Positions 39,371-47,914 of a stretch of DNA of 56,996 nucleotides are shown piece by piece. Origin of the DNA: an uncultured Caulobacterales bacterium (GTDB lineage Bacteria; Pseudomonadota; Alphaproteobacteria; Caulobacterales; Maricaulaceae); assembly GCA_964351895.1 (NCBI GenBank), contig CAYGQB010000001.1, positions 1-56,996 on the forward strand. The letters are read 5' to 3'. The notes beneath the pieces are model-generated. The model saw only the letters and a program-made list of their open reading frames with translations, had not been told where the DNA came from and did not search any database. Position 1 is the first letter of the stretch; every line of letters starts with the position of its first letter. Made by a program: the position numbers and the translations under genes.

Positions 39371-39540
39371 GGGGCTGCGGCTCGCGCCGTAGTCGGTGTT
39401 TGTGGATGTTCGCCAGGTCGTGCCCCAGGGCGTGGTGTAGGAGCGTTGCCGCCTGAGGGTGGCTGGTCATCGCAGATCGTCGGTTAGGATCGGGTCGCTG
39501 AACCTAGACCACAACCGATGGTGACCCTCAATGACCAATG

Positions 39541-39630
39541 AGGTTCATCCCCGCGTGTGCGGGGAACGCTCCTCCCCGTCACTTGCCGGCTCATCCGTCA
39601 ACGGTTCATCCTCGCGGGCGCGCGAGAGAG
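39541..39630 (-). CRISPR. orphan type I-E-like mini-array: two 29-nt repeats flanking one 32-nt spacer
   Basis: The minus strand of 39541-39569 reads GCGTTCCCCGCACACGCGGGGATGAACCT, matching the E. coli I-E repeat at 23 of 29 positions by hand. The spacer is 39570-39601. The second repeat (39602-39630) keeps the CGGTTCAT end and a different 6-bp GC hairpin. Confidence 0.55.
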
Positions 39631-39777
39631 CGCAGAGTCCCTCGCGCGCCCGCGAGCGCTGCGGCTGGGTTGTGGCGAGCCCGGCGGCGTTCGCGTGAAC
39701 CGGGGAGCGACGCATTCAGATCGCATCAGGCGCGCTTGCCTGTAAGGCGGCGGTCCAGCAAGGGCTCCAACAGGGAG

Positions 39778-40368
39778 TTAGGAGCGTGAAAACGCGATCA
39801 GCGCGTCATAGTCTTCGCGATCGGCCCGCCGCAGGCCCTCCACATAGGCGCGCCGCAGATCATGGATGTCCGTCAGCGATCCGCCGCCCCAGGACCGAGC
39901 CGGCTCGCCAAGTCGGCGCAGGACAAGATCGGCCAACATGCGGGCGTGGCGGCCGTTTCCATTGGGAAACGGATGGATGTAGACCAGCTTGTGACGGACC
40001 CGGACAGCAAGCTCTGTCGGCTCATAGGTTTGATGTTCGAGCCCATAGGCGGCGTCTCCCATGAGCTGGCTTGTCTGCACGCCGATCATATGCGGCGCGA
40101 TGCCGATATTGCGTTCGGTGCGGCGATACTGGCCGGCCCATGACCACACATCACCAAACATGCGCGTGTGAAGCTGCAGCTAAAACTCAACGCTCATCAG
40201 GTCCGGCTTTCGCGATCGGTGGGCCCAGGCGGCGCCCTTGTCGATATTGTCCTGCTCGGCAGCGTTCAGATCGGCGCGTGTGGTCACCCAGGTCAGGCGT
40301 AACCCTTCGCGCTCATCCGGCGCCAGCGGCATGGCATCTTCTGGTTCCTGAAACAGGTCCGTCATCAC
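39778..40368 (-). pseudogene. Fic-domain protein ('mobile mystery protein B' type) interrupted by one in-frame TAG
   Basis: ORFs 40368-40180 and 40161-39778 are in the same frame, separated by TAG at 40180-40182 (..LMSVEF*LQLHTRMFGDVWSWAG..). The Fic motif HPFPNGNGRHAR is present downstream. Confidence 0.8.
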
Positions 40369-40697
40369 TCTTCCCAGAGGTCTCGATCGCGCAGCGTCTC
40401 TGAGATGAAGACCTGAATACGCTCCTCCAGATCATCATCCAGCACCTTCTGGTCTTCCATGGCCATGGAGTGCGACACGCCGCCGATCGCCTCCAGCGCC
40501 TTAGCGCGGGCCCGTTCGGCGACCATGTCCTCAAGCGGCTTGTTGGGCACGAGCGCATAGACCAGCTGGCAGTCGAGCGCAGCCGCCGCCTTGCGCAAGG
40601 TCTCAAGGCGGATCGCATAATTGGCTTCAGAACATTCGAGGCCGCTGACAGCCTGCTGTGTCACTTCCAGTCGAGCCGCCAACTGCGCCGCTGTCAT
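40365..40697 (-). CDS. XRE-type HTH protein ('mobile mystery protein A' type), probably 5'-truncated
   Basis: LGMTAAQLAARLEVTQQAVSGLE HTH and ALDCQLVYALVPNKPLEDMV. ATGA overlap with the Fic gene. No start codon upstream of ATG 40697 before the frame runs antisense into selD. Confidence 0.6.
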   Translation of the reverse strand: MTAAQLAARLEVTQQAVSGLECSEANYAIRLETLRKAAAALDCQLVYALVPNKPLEDMVAERARAKALEAIGGVSHSMAMEDQKVLDDDLEERIQVFISETLRDRDLWEE

Positions 40698-40732
40698 GCC
40701 AAGCCGGGCTTGGAGGCCCTGACCACGGGTCT

Positions 40733-40752
40733 GTCGGGCCTCGTCGGGCCTC
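40733..40752. repeat. 10-bp tandem duplication GTCGGGCCTC x2 at the junction between the HTH gene and the selD body
   Basis: Read directly. A related GGGCTCG lies at the left boundary (39256-39262). Confidence 0.8.
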
Positions 40753-41690
40753 GCCGGGCAGACGCGCGCCTGAGCGCGGGCGACGACGCGGCCCTGATCG
40801 CGGGGCCGGACGGGGACGATCTGATCCTCACCGTCGACCAGTTTCCCGCCTTTATCGCCGCCCCCTATCGGCTGGCCGAGATCGCCGCCGTGCACGCCAT
40901 GGGTGATGTCTGGGCCATGGGCGGGGCGCCGCAGACCGCCCTGTCGATCCTGGTCTTTCCGCCGCTGTCGGCCCGCCTGCAAGCGGAGACGCTGCGCGAG
41001 CTGACCGCCGGCGCCGAAGCGGCGCTGGGCCCGGCGGGCGCCGATTTGGTGGGCGGGCACACGAGCCAAGGCGAGCGGCTGACGGTCGGGTTCGCCGTCA
41101 CCGGACGGGTGAGCCGCGCCCAGGCCATGACCCTCGCCGGGGCGCGGCCGGGTGATCGGCTGATCCTGACCAAGCCGCTGGGAACCGGCGTACTGTTTGC
41201 CGGCGTGATGCGCGGGCTGGCGCGCGGCGCCTGGGTGGCGGCCGCCCTCGCCTCGATGCGGCGCGGACTGGGCGAGGACGCCCGGATTCTGCGCCAGGCG
41301 GGCGCGCGCGCCATGACGGACGTAACCGGCTATGGGCTGGCCGGCCACGCCCTGGCCCTGGCGCAGACGAGCGGGGTCGCTGCGGCGCTGCGGCTCCAAG
41401 ACGCCCCCGTCCTTGCGGGCGCGGCGGCGCGCGGGGTCCCGGGCGTGCGCCGCGCTGCGCCCGCCCGCCACGCCGCCCTGATCGAGGCGGGCGTGGCGCC
41501 CAGCGCAGCCGCCTCCCCGCTCTCAGCGGCCTTCTTTGATCCGCAGACCGCCGGTGGCCTCCTTGCTGCGGTGCCCGAGGAAGCGGCCGAGGACGCCCTG
41601 ACGCGCCTGCGCGATGCCGGCGTGACGGCCGCCATCGTGGACGAGTGCCTGTCCCTGATGGCGGGTGCCCCGCCGGTGCGCCTGCGCTAG
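40743..41690 (+). pseudogene. selD: selenide, water dikinase (SelD) lacking the N-terminal Cys/Sec-Lys loop and a start codon
   Basis: LVGPRRADARLSAGDDAAL..TVDQF..AMGG, GGHTSQG, LTKPLGTG, MTDVTGYGLAGHA and DPQTAGGLL track E. coli SelD from about residue 40 to the end. Upstream in-frame sequence is antisense to the HTH gene. Confidence 0.75.
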
Positions 41691-42760
41691 ACCGGAGCGA
41701 GCGCGAAGGCGCCCGCAACCGCGTCGGCGGCGGCGCGCACCGAGTCAGGATCGCGCGGATCGAGCGAGATGACGGCCCGCGCTTCGGGCTCGCCGGCGCG
41801 GGCGCGCGCATAGGCCTTGTCGTAGTGGGTCTCCAGCAGAGAGCTGACCAGAGGCGCGATCGCGCCGGACTGGGCGTGCTCCCGCCAGGCTTCCAGGCGC
41901 GCGCGCGGGTGAAACGGGGCCAGGGCGTTCAGCCGCGCGCTCAACCGGCCCGCGTCGGCGGTCAGGTGGGCATAGTCGCGCACGATTGCGCCCACGCGCG
42001 CTTCAAGCGTGGCGAACAAGACCACCCGCCCGCTCGCCTGCATGGCCCGCCACAGGCTGGGCGGAAGCGACACCCGGCCAAGCTGATTGGCCTCGGCCTC
42101 CACAAACACCGGGCGCTTAGGGTCTAACGCCGCCAGCGCCTGGTCGAGCCGGCTTTCAAAGAGCTTTTGCGCGGGCTGGGTGCGGCCCGGTTCAGCGCCG
42201 AACACCGAGCCGCGATGCGCGGCCAGCGCCTCCAGATCGAGGATTTGCGCGCCGGCCTCGGCGAGCGCGCGCAACACCAGCGTCTTGCCCACGCCCGTGT
42301 CCCCGTCCAGGCGCACAAGCTCGAGCGCCACTTCGGTCTCGTACAGGCGCTGCACCACCCCGGCCCGATAGCGCCGATACCCGCCCTCCAGGACCGACAC
42401 CCGCCAGCCGATCTCGGCCAGGATGGTCGCCATGGCGTGGCTGCGCTGACCGCCCCGCCAGCCATAGACCAGCGGTCGATAGCCGCCTGGCTTGTCGGCG
42501 AAGTGCCCCTCAAGATGGCCGGCGACCGCGCGCGCGATCAGGGCCGCCCCCAGCTTGCGCGCGACAAACGGATTGACGGTCTTGTAGAGCGTGCCGACCC
42601 GGGCGCGCTCGGCGTCGTCCAACACCGGCAGATTGATCGCGCCGGGCGCATGGTCGGCGGCGAACTCAGAGGGGCTGCGCACGTCGATGATTTCATCGCA
42701 CGCCGCGCCGGCTGGATCGAGCCGCGCCGCGCCTAGCTCATACACGCTGATCCCGCCCAT
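41687..42760 (-). CDS. selU: tRNA 2-selenouridine synthase homologue (rhodanese plus P-loop), with Gly at the expected catalytic Cys
   Basis: IDVRSPSEF..GA.NLP, YGWRGGQRS (E. coli has CCARGGQRS), GDTGVGKT, HRGSVFG. Start ATG 42760. Confidence 0.8.
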   Translation of the reverse strand: MGGISVYELGAARLDPAGAACDEIIDVRSPSEFAADHAPGAINLPVLDDAERARVGTLYKTVNPFVARKLGAALIARAVAGHLEGHFADKPGGYRPLVYGWRGGQRSHAMATILAEIGWRVSVLEGGYRRYRAGVVQRLYETEVALELVRLDGDTGVGKTLVLRALAEAGAQILDLEALAAHRGSVFGAEPGRTQPAQKLFESRLDQALAALDPKRPVFVEAEANQLGRVSLPPSLWRAMQASGRVVLFATLEARVGAIVRDYAHLTADAGRLSARLNALAPFHPRARLEAWREHAQSGAIAPLVSSLLETHYDKAYARARAGEPEARAVISLDPRDPDSVRAAADAVAGAFALAPV

Positions 42761-42936
42761 CCGGCGCCTCCGGTCCCCGTAACGCTCCGCCGCCGCACCC
42801 AAGCACGATGACAGATATACATGAAGGGCTGTTGTCCTGAGCCAAAAGCGAAGGACCGCGGGCCGGAAGGGGCGCCCCGCCCCGCGCTCAAGCAGCGAGC
42901 GCATGCGAGCGGGTGCGCCAGAAAAGCGGTGCGCCG

Positions 42937-43521
42937 CTAGCCCTCGGTGGCTTCGGTCTGGATTTTCTCGTGCAGCCAGGCGGCGTGACGGGGGGCGCGG
43001 CGGGTGCGCGACCACTCCTCCAGCATCTCCGGCGCGACCCGGCGCAGCGCCGCCATCTGCTCGGGCGTGCCGGTGTTGCAGGCGAGTTCCAGCCGATGGC
43101 CGTTCGGGTCAAAGAAGTAGATCGACTTGAAGATGCCGTGATTGGTCGGCCCGAGGACATCCAGCCCATGCGCCTGTGCGCGCGCCTTGGCGGCAAGCAG
43201 GTCGTCCATGCTGGCGACCTTGAAGGCGATGTGCTGCACCCATTTGGGCGTCGCCGCGTCGCGCCCCATGACCGGACTGTTCGGCAGCTCGAGGAACGCG
43301 AGCACGTTGCCGTTTCCCGCATCCAGAAAGATATGCATGTAGGGATCCGGCGCCCCGGTCGAGGGCACGGTGTCCTCGGCAATGGCGAGTTGGAAGTCCA
43401 TGCCCAGCACGTCGCGGTAGAACGCCACCGTGGCCGCGGCGTCCTTGCAGCGATAGGCGACGTGATGGACCCCGTGCAGGGCCGGCGCGTCGGGCGCCGT
43501 GTTCGAGGTGTCCGCCATCAC
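42937..43521 (-). CDS. VOC-family (glyoxalase/dioxygenase fold) protein
   Basis: HHVAYRC...FY..VLGM and QHIAF.V...[10 protein letters not shown] motifs. Start overlaps the hppD stop (GTGATG). Confidence 0.75.
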   Translation of the reverse strand: MMADTSNTAPDAPALHGVHHVAYRCKDAAATVAFYRDVLGMDFQLAIAEDTVPSTGAPDPYMHIFLDAGNGNVLAFLELPNSPVMGRDAATPKWVQHIAFKVASMDDLLAAKARAQAHGLDVLGPTNHGIFKSIYFFDPNGHRLELACNTGTPEQMAALRRVAPEMLEEWSRTRRAPRHAAWLHEKIQTEATEG

Positions 43522-44600
43522 GCGGTCTCCTTGGCGCCAACGACGCCGCGCTCGATCTGATCGTACTCGATGGATTCAAACAGGGCTTTGAAGTTGCCCT
43601 CGCCGAACCCGTCGTCGCCCTTGCGCTGAATGAACTCGAAGAACACCGGGCCGAGCTGGGGCTTGGCGAAGATTTGCAAGAGCAGGCGCGGCCCGCCCTC
43701 GGTTGTGCCGTCCAGCAAGATGCCGCGCGTCTTGAGCGCCTCGGTCGGCTCGCCGTGGTCGGGCAACCGCTCATTGAGCATGCCATAATAGGTGTCGGGC
43801 GGCGCGGTCATGAAGGGAACGCCGCGCGCCTTCAGCCGATCATAGCAGGCCTCCAGATCGTCGCAGATCAGGGCGATGTTCTGAATGCCCTCGCCATTGA
43901 AGGCGCGCAGAAACTCCTCGATCTGGCCCTCGCCGCCCTCGCCTTCTTCGTTCAGCGGAATGCGGATCTTGCCGTCCGGCGCGGTCAGGGCTTTGGAGGT
44001 CAGACCGGTATATTCGCCCTTAATGTCGAAGAACCGGATCTCACGGAAGTTAAAGAGCTTCTCGTAAAAGTCCGCCCAGTACTTCATTCGGTCCGAATAG
44101 ACATTGTGCGTGAGGTGGTCGATGAGCTTGAAGCCGGCCCCTTCCGGATGGCGCTCGACGCCAGGTTCATACACAAAATCAATGTCATAGATCGACAGAT
44201 CGTCGCCATACCGATCCACCAGATAGAGGATCGCCCCGCCAATGCCGCGCACCGCCGGCAAGCGCAACTCCATCGGACCCGTCTCCACCCGCACCGGCTC
44301 GGCGCCTTGGGCGAACACATGGGCGTAGGCGGCGCGGGCGTCGCGCACCCGAAACGCCATGCCGCACGCGGAGGGGCCGTGCTCGCGCGCGAGGTAGAAC
44401 GCCGGCGAGCCGGGCTCATAGTTGGCGATGAAGTTGATCTCGCCCTGGCGCCACAGGGTCACGTCCTTGGAGCGATGGCGCGCGATCTGAACCATGCCCA
44501 TGGTCGCAAACACCGGCTCCGGCACCCCCTTCTCGGGGGCGGAGAACTCGATGAACTCAAAGCCGTCCAGTCCGGCCGGGTTCTCGAACAGGTCTGCCAT
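43518..44600 (-). CDS. hppD: 4-hydroxyphenylpyruvate dioxygenase
   Basis: FEFIEF.....[20 protein letters not shown] and [25 protein letters not shown] motifs. GGGAGA RBS before ATG 44600. Confidence 0.9.
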   Translation of the reverse strand: MADLFENPAGLDGFEFIEFSAPEKGVPEPVFATMGMVQIARHRSKDVTLWRQGEINFIANYEPGSPAFYLAREHGPSACGMAFRVRDARAAYAHVFAQGAEPVRVETGPMELRLPAVRGIGGAILYLVDRYGDDLSIYDIDFVYEPGVERHPEGAGFKLIDHLTHNVYSDRMKYWADFYEKLFNFREIRFFDIKGEYTGLTSKALTAPDGKIRIPLNEEGEGGEGQIEEFLRAFNGEGIQNIALICDDLEACYDRLKARGVPFMTAPPDTYYGMLNERLPDHGEPTEALKTRGILLDGTTEGGPRLLLQIFAKPQLGPVFFEFIQRKGDDGFGEGNFKALFESIEYDQIERGVVGAKETA

Positions 44601-44744
44601 GGCGCGTGTCTCCCTCGTGGTCGCGTCGCGCCCTGCGTGGGGCGCGCTCTTGAGTGGTCCGACCTGCACGCCAAGCGGCCTTCAGACCGCACTCAGGCGC
44701 TTGCGCACGGGCCGGGTGGCCGCATACTTGAGACTGACCATTTT

Positions 44745-44758
44745 GTTGTGATTGCAAC
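44745..44758. promoter_or_regulatory. imperfect palindrome GTTGTGATTGCAAC in the hppD-marR divergent region (candidate MarR operator)
   Basis: 10 of 14 positions are self-complementary. Ends 17 nt upstream of the marR GTG start. Confidence 0.25.
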
Positions 44759-44775
44759 TATCTTGAGGCTCGGTC

Positions 44776-45312
44776 GTGTCCCAGTCGCCGCCCCGCGCGC
44801 CCTCCGAGCCGACGCCGCCAAGGACGCGATCACAGGTCCCGGCCCAAACCCAGGTCCAGGCCCAGACAGAGCCGCCCCAAACTGCCGCGCCGCTGATCCT
44901 GGACGAGGCCTGGATTTACAAGGTCACCGTGCTGGCGGATCGGGTGGCGCGCCGCATCGCCGAGACCGTGCAAGGCGTCAGCGCGCTCAATCTGAGCCAG
45001 TGGCGCGTGCTGGCGGCGGTGGCGGACACGCCCGGGCGCACGGCCAGCCAGTTGGTCGCGGTCACGCCCATGGACAAGGGGATTGTCAGCCGCGCCGTCG
45101 CCGCCCTGGTGGCGGACGGGCTGCTGGCGCGCCAGGCTTCGACCTCGGACGCCCGCTCGGCCCACCTGCACCTGACTCCGGCCGGCGCGGCCGTCTATGA
45201 CGCCATCATTGCCGCGCTCAGAGCCCTCGGCGCCACCGGCGACGGCGCCCTGTCCGCCGCCGACGAGCGCGCCTTTCTGGCCCTGATCAATAAGGCGATC
45301 GAGCGCTACTGA
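44776..45312 (+). CDS. MarR-family transcriptional regulator
   Basis: Winged-helix core LSQWRVLAAVADTPGRTASQLVAVTPMDKGIVSRAVAALVADGLL...D.R...L.LT..G. GTG start with a Pro/Gln-rich N-terminal extension. Confidence 0.8.
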   Translation: MSQSPPRAPSEPTPPRTRSQVPAQTQVQAQTEPPQTAAPLILDEAWIYKVTVLADRVARRIAETVQGVSALNLSQWRVLAAVADTPGRTASQLVAVTPMDKGIVSRAVAALVADGLLARQASTSDARSAHLHLTPAGAAVYDAIIAALRALGATGDGALSAADERAFLALINKAIERY

Positions 45313-45329
45313 GACCGGGTCTGGCCGCC

Positions 45330-46862
45330 CTAGGCTCCAGCCTTGCGCGGCGCGCCCAGCGTGCTGGGACAGTAGCGCGCCACATAGCTTTCGTGGGCGG
45401 GCAGGCCAGCGACCGTGCGCGCGACATTGGACTCGATGTGGGCAAGAAAATCGGCCAGTTCAGTTTCGCTCATCACGGCGGCAGTCGGGTGATAGGCCTG
45501 TGGGGTCAAGCCTTGGCCGAGCATCACCTGGGACCAGGAATTCTCGGCGAAAAGCTGGTCATTGGCGCGGAATACGCGCCCGGTCTGCTCAAACAGGCGC
45601 ATCCGGTGGGTCAGGTTATCGGGGACGTCCATGGACCGACAGTGGCGCCAGAACGGCGTGTCGGTGCGATTGGTCAGATGATAGTGCAGCACAATGAAGT
45701 CGCGCACGTGCTCCCACTCATAGGCGGTTTGGGCGTTGAACTCGTCCCGGTCCGCCGGGCTCGTTTCGGCCAACGGGAACATCTGCAACAGGCGCAGCAC
45801 GGCGCGCTGGATTAAGTGGATGCTTGTGCTTTCCAAGGGCTCGATGAAGCCGCTCGACAGGCCCACGCACACGCAGTTTCGCGCCCAGTGGGCGCGGCGC
45901 GCGCCGGTGCGAAAGCGGATCAGGCGCGGCTCGGTGAGCGGCTCGCCCTCAATGGTGTCCATCAGGAGCGTGCGGGCCGCGTCCTCGTCCATGTGGCGAC
46001 TTGAGAACACGATGCCGTTGCCGGCGCGATGCTGGAGCGGAATGCGCCACTGCCACCCCGCCCCGTGCGCAATCGAGCGCGTGTAGGGCAAGGGCGGGCG
46101 CACAGAGCGGGTCTGCACCGCAAAGGCCCGGTCACACGGCAGCCAGTGGGTCCAGTCGTGATAGCCCACGCCCAGCGCGTCGCCGATTAGGAGGCCGCGA
46201 AAGCCAGTGCAGTCGACAAAAAAGTCGCCCTCCAGCGTGCGCCCGCCGTCCAGGACCAGGCGCGCCAGATCGCCGTTCTCGGCCCGCTCGACCGCCGCGA
46301 TCCGCCCTTCGGTCCGGCGCGCGCCGTGGGCCTCGGCGATGGCGCGCAGAAAGACGGCATAGGCGGCGCTGTCGAGGTGATAGGCGTAGTTCAGGCCGAG
46401 ATTGGGCAGATGGGCGAAGCGCTCGGCTTCGGCGGCGCGCAGCTCCAGGCAATAGTCGCCAAAAGCCTTGGCCAGGCCCAAGTCGCGCCCGCGCCGCCAA
46501 AAGTGTTGGAAGCCGGCGGTCCAGTGATCTTTGCCTGTGACCCCAAAGGAATGGATGTAGCGGTGATCGAGGTCGGTCCAGTTCTCGAACGCGATGCCGA
46601 GCTTGAAGGTGGCGCCGGTGGCGGCCATGAACGCCGCCTCGTCCACGCCCATCAGCCGATTGTAAGTCAGGAGCGTCGGGATGGTGGCCTCGCCAACCCC
46701 GACTGTGCCGATCTCGTCGCTCTCAACCAGGGTGACCTCGACCGCCGCGCCTAGGGTCTTGGCGAGCGCCGCCGCCGTCATCCAGCCGGCCGTGCCGCCC
46801 CCAGCGACGATCACGCGCTTGGCGTGAGGTTGGGCCTGTAGCTGTGCCCGGGTATGGGTCAT
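45330..46862 (-). CDS. flavin-dependent 'tryptophan halogenase'-family protein (copy 1)
   Basis: GGGTAGW, GVGEATIP, ATFKLGIAF (Lys), WQWRIP (WxWxIP), GFIEPLES. Confidence 0.85.
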   Translation of the reverse strand: MTHTRAQLQAQPHAKRVIVAGGGTAGWMTAAALAKTLGAAVEVTLVESDEIGTVGVGEATIPTLLTYNRLMGVDEAAFMAATGATFKLGIAFENWTDLDHRYIHSFGVTGKDHWTAGFQHFWRRGRDLGLAKAFGDYCLELRAAEAERFAHLPNLGLNYAYHLDSAAYAVFLRAIAEAHGARRTEGRIAAVERAENGDLARLVLDGGRTLEGDFFVDCTGFRGLLIGDALGVGYHDWTHWLPCDRAFAVQTRSVRPPLPYTRSIAHGAGWQWRIPLQHRAGNGIVFSSRHMDEDAARTLLMDTIEGEPLTEPRLIRFRTGARRAHWARNCVCVGLSSGFIEPLESTSIHLIQRAVLRLLQMFPLAETSPADRDEFNAQTAYEWEHVRDFIVLHYHLTNRTDTPFWRHCRSMDVPDNLTHRMRLFEQTGRVFRANDQLFAENSWSQVMLGQGLTPQAYHPTAAVMSETELADFLAHIESNVARTVAGLPAHESYVARYCPSTLGAPRKAGA

Positions 46863-46873
46863 GGTTGACGCCC

Positions 46874-47914
46874 CTATCGATTGAGCCGCTTGAGAAGATG
46901 GGCGCGCACTTGGCGAGCGTTCTCTTCGGTCATGGGCGCTAGAATGCCGCGTATCGCCTCGGGCACGTGGTCGGCGCACCCCTCCCCGCCCGAAAACACA
47001 TAGTGCTCAAACAGGTCGCGCCAGACCGCCCGCTCGTTTTCGGGCAGATCGCGCAGCGTGAGCATGGCGTGATGCAGCACGTCCTGTGGGGTGCCCAGAT
47101 AGGCCGGCGTGCGCCGCCACCAGTAGTTCACCAGCACGTTGAAGGGGCTGAACGCCTCCACATGGTGCCACCACATGGACGGGATGAAGAGGGCGTCGCC
47201 GGGGCCAAGCTCGGCCGTCTGGGCGACCTGCGCGGCCTGGGCGAAGCGGGGAAAGCGCTCCAGATCCGGCGCGGTGAAGTCCACCAAGCTCACCGGCCGC
47301 CCCGCCGGGGTCACCTCGAACGGGCCGACATAGAGGTTGGGGGTTTGATCAGGCGGGAACAGGGTGAACCGGCGCCGTCCGGCGGCAACACAGGCAATGT
47401 TGAGCGGCAGATCATTGTGGGCGGCGATCCGCGTCTGGGTGCCGATCCAGATGCTTTCGAGCGGCTTGGCGTCGCCGAAATCGATCTGATTGCGTGCGCC
47501 GAACCCCGGAAAGCACACCTCTAGGTCCGCCGACGCCATGTAGATCATTGGCGGCGGTTGCATGGCGCCATGCGCCTTCACCCTACGCAGGATCTCAGAG
47601 AGCTTGGCGTGCCCGCGCTCGACGTTCAGGCCGCGAAAGTCATTGCTGTAGAACATGCGCCCGCCCAGATCCGCCGATCCGACCGCCACCGGCGCGACAA
47701 TCCCGCTCTCCAACTCCAGCAGGTAGGACAAGAGCGCGTCAGCGGACGCAAGGCCCGCCTCCACCACCGGCCAATGGGCGACAAACTCGCGCAAGATCAG
47801 CGGCGTCTGAGAGTTGACGACCGCAGTATCGACCACGCCGGGCGTGCCGGCGCGCATCTCCCGCACCGGCTGGGGCGGCGGCAACACGCCGGCAAAGACG
47901 GGACTATCGACCAT
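46874..47914 (-). CDS. cupin-like (JmjC / cupin_8) domain protein
   Basis: AAHNDL (HxD-like) and WWHHVEA motifs in a roughly 345 aa protein. Position between SapC and halogenase genes, as in other TBDR loci. Confidence 0.7.
   Translation of the reverse strand: MVDSPVFAGVLPPPQPVREMRAGTPGVVDTAVVNSQTPLILREFVAHWPVVEAGLASADALLSYLLELESGIVAPVAVGSADLGGRMFYSNDFRGLNVERGHAKLSEILRRVKAHGAMQPPPMIYMASADLEVCFPGFGARNQIDFGDAKPLESIWIGTQTRIAAHNDLPLNIACVAAGRRRFTLFPPDQTPNLYVGPFEVTPAGRPVSLVDFTAPDLERFPRFAQAAQVAQTAELGPGDALFIPSMWWHHVEAFSPFNVLVNYWWRRTPAYLGTPQDVLHHAMLTLRDLPENERAVWRDLFEHYVFSGGEGCADHVPEAIRGILAPMTEENARQVRAHLLKRLNR

Larger units (their letters stand above)
39262..40752. mobile_element. decayed mobile/foreign segment inserted in selD (AT-rich end, CRISPR-like mini-array, Fic/HTH module)
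   Basis: Abrupt composition change at about 39262. Cargo consists of 'mobile mystery protein' A/B homologues. The right end abuts the truncated selD body at a 10-bp tandem duplication. No intact recombinase seen. Confidence 0.45.

Noticed and set aside
39374-39473. Minus-strand 43-codon ORF (MTSHPQAATLLHHALGHDLANIHKHRL...) as a C-terminal remnant of a tyrosine recombinase (RHxxAxxLL..G.DL..I...LGH pattern).
   Set aside because: The resemblance is short and gapped, the catalytic Tyr region is missing, and upstream codons hit a stop after 11 codons. It is compatible with an integrase relic next to the AT-rich end, but too weak to call without a profile search.
39481-39509. A third, upstream CRISPR repeat one period (60 nt) before repeat 1, starting with the same CGGTT.
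   Set aside because: Only about 10 of 29 positions match and no hairpin is retained. This is indistinguishable from chance in GC-rich DNA.
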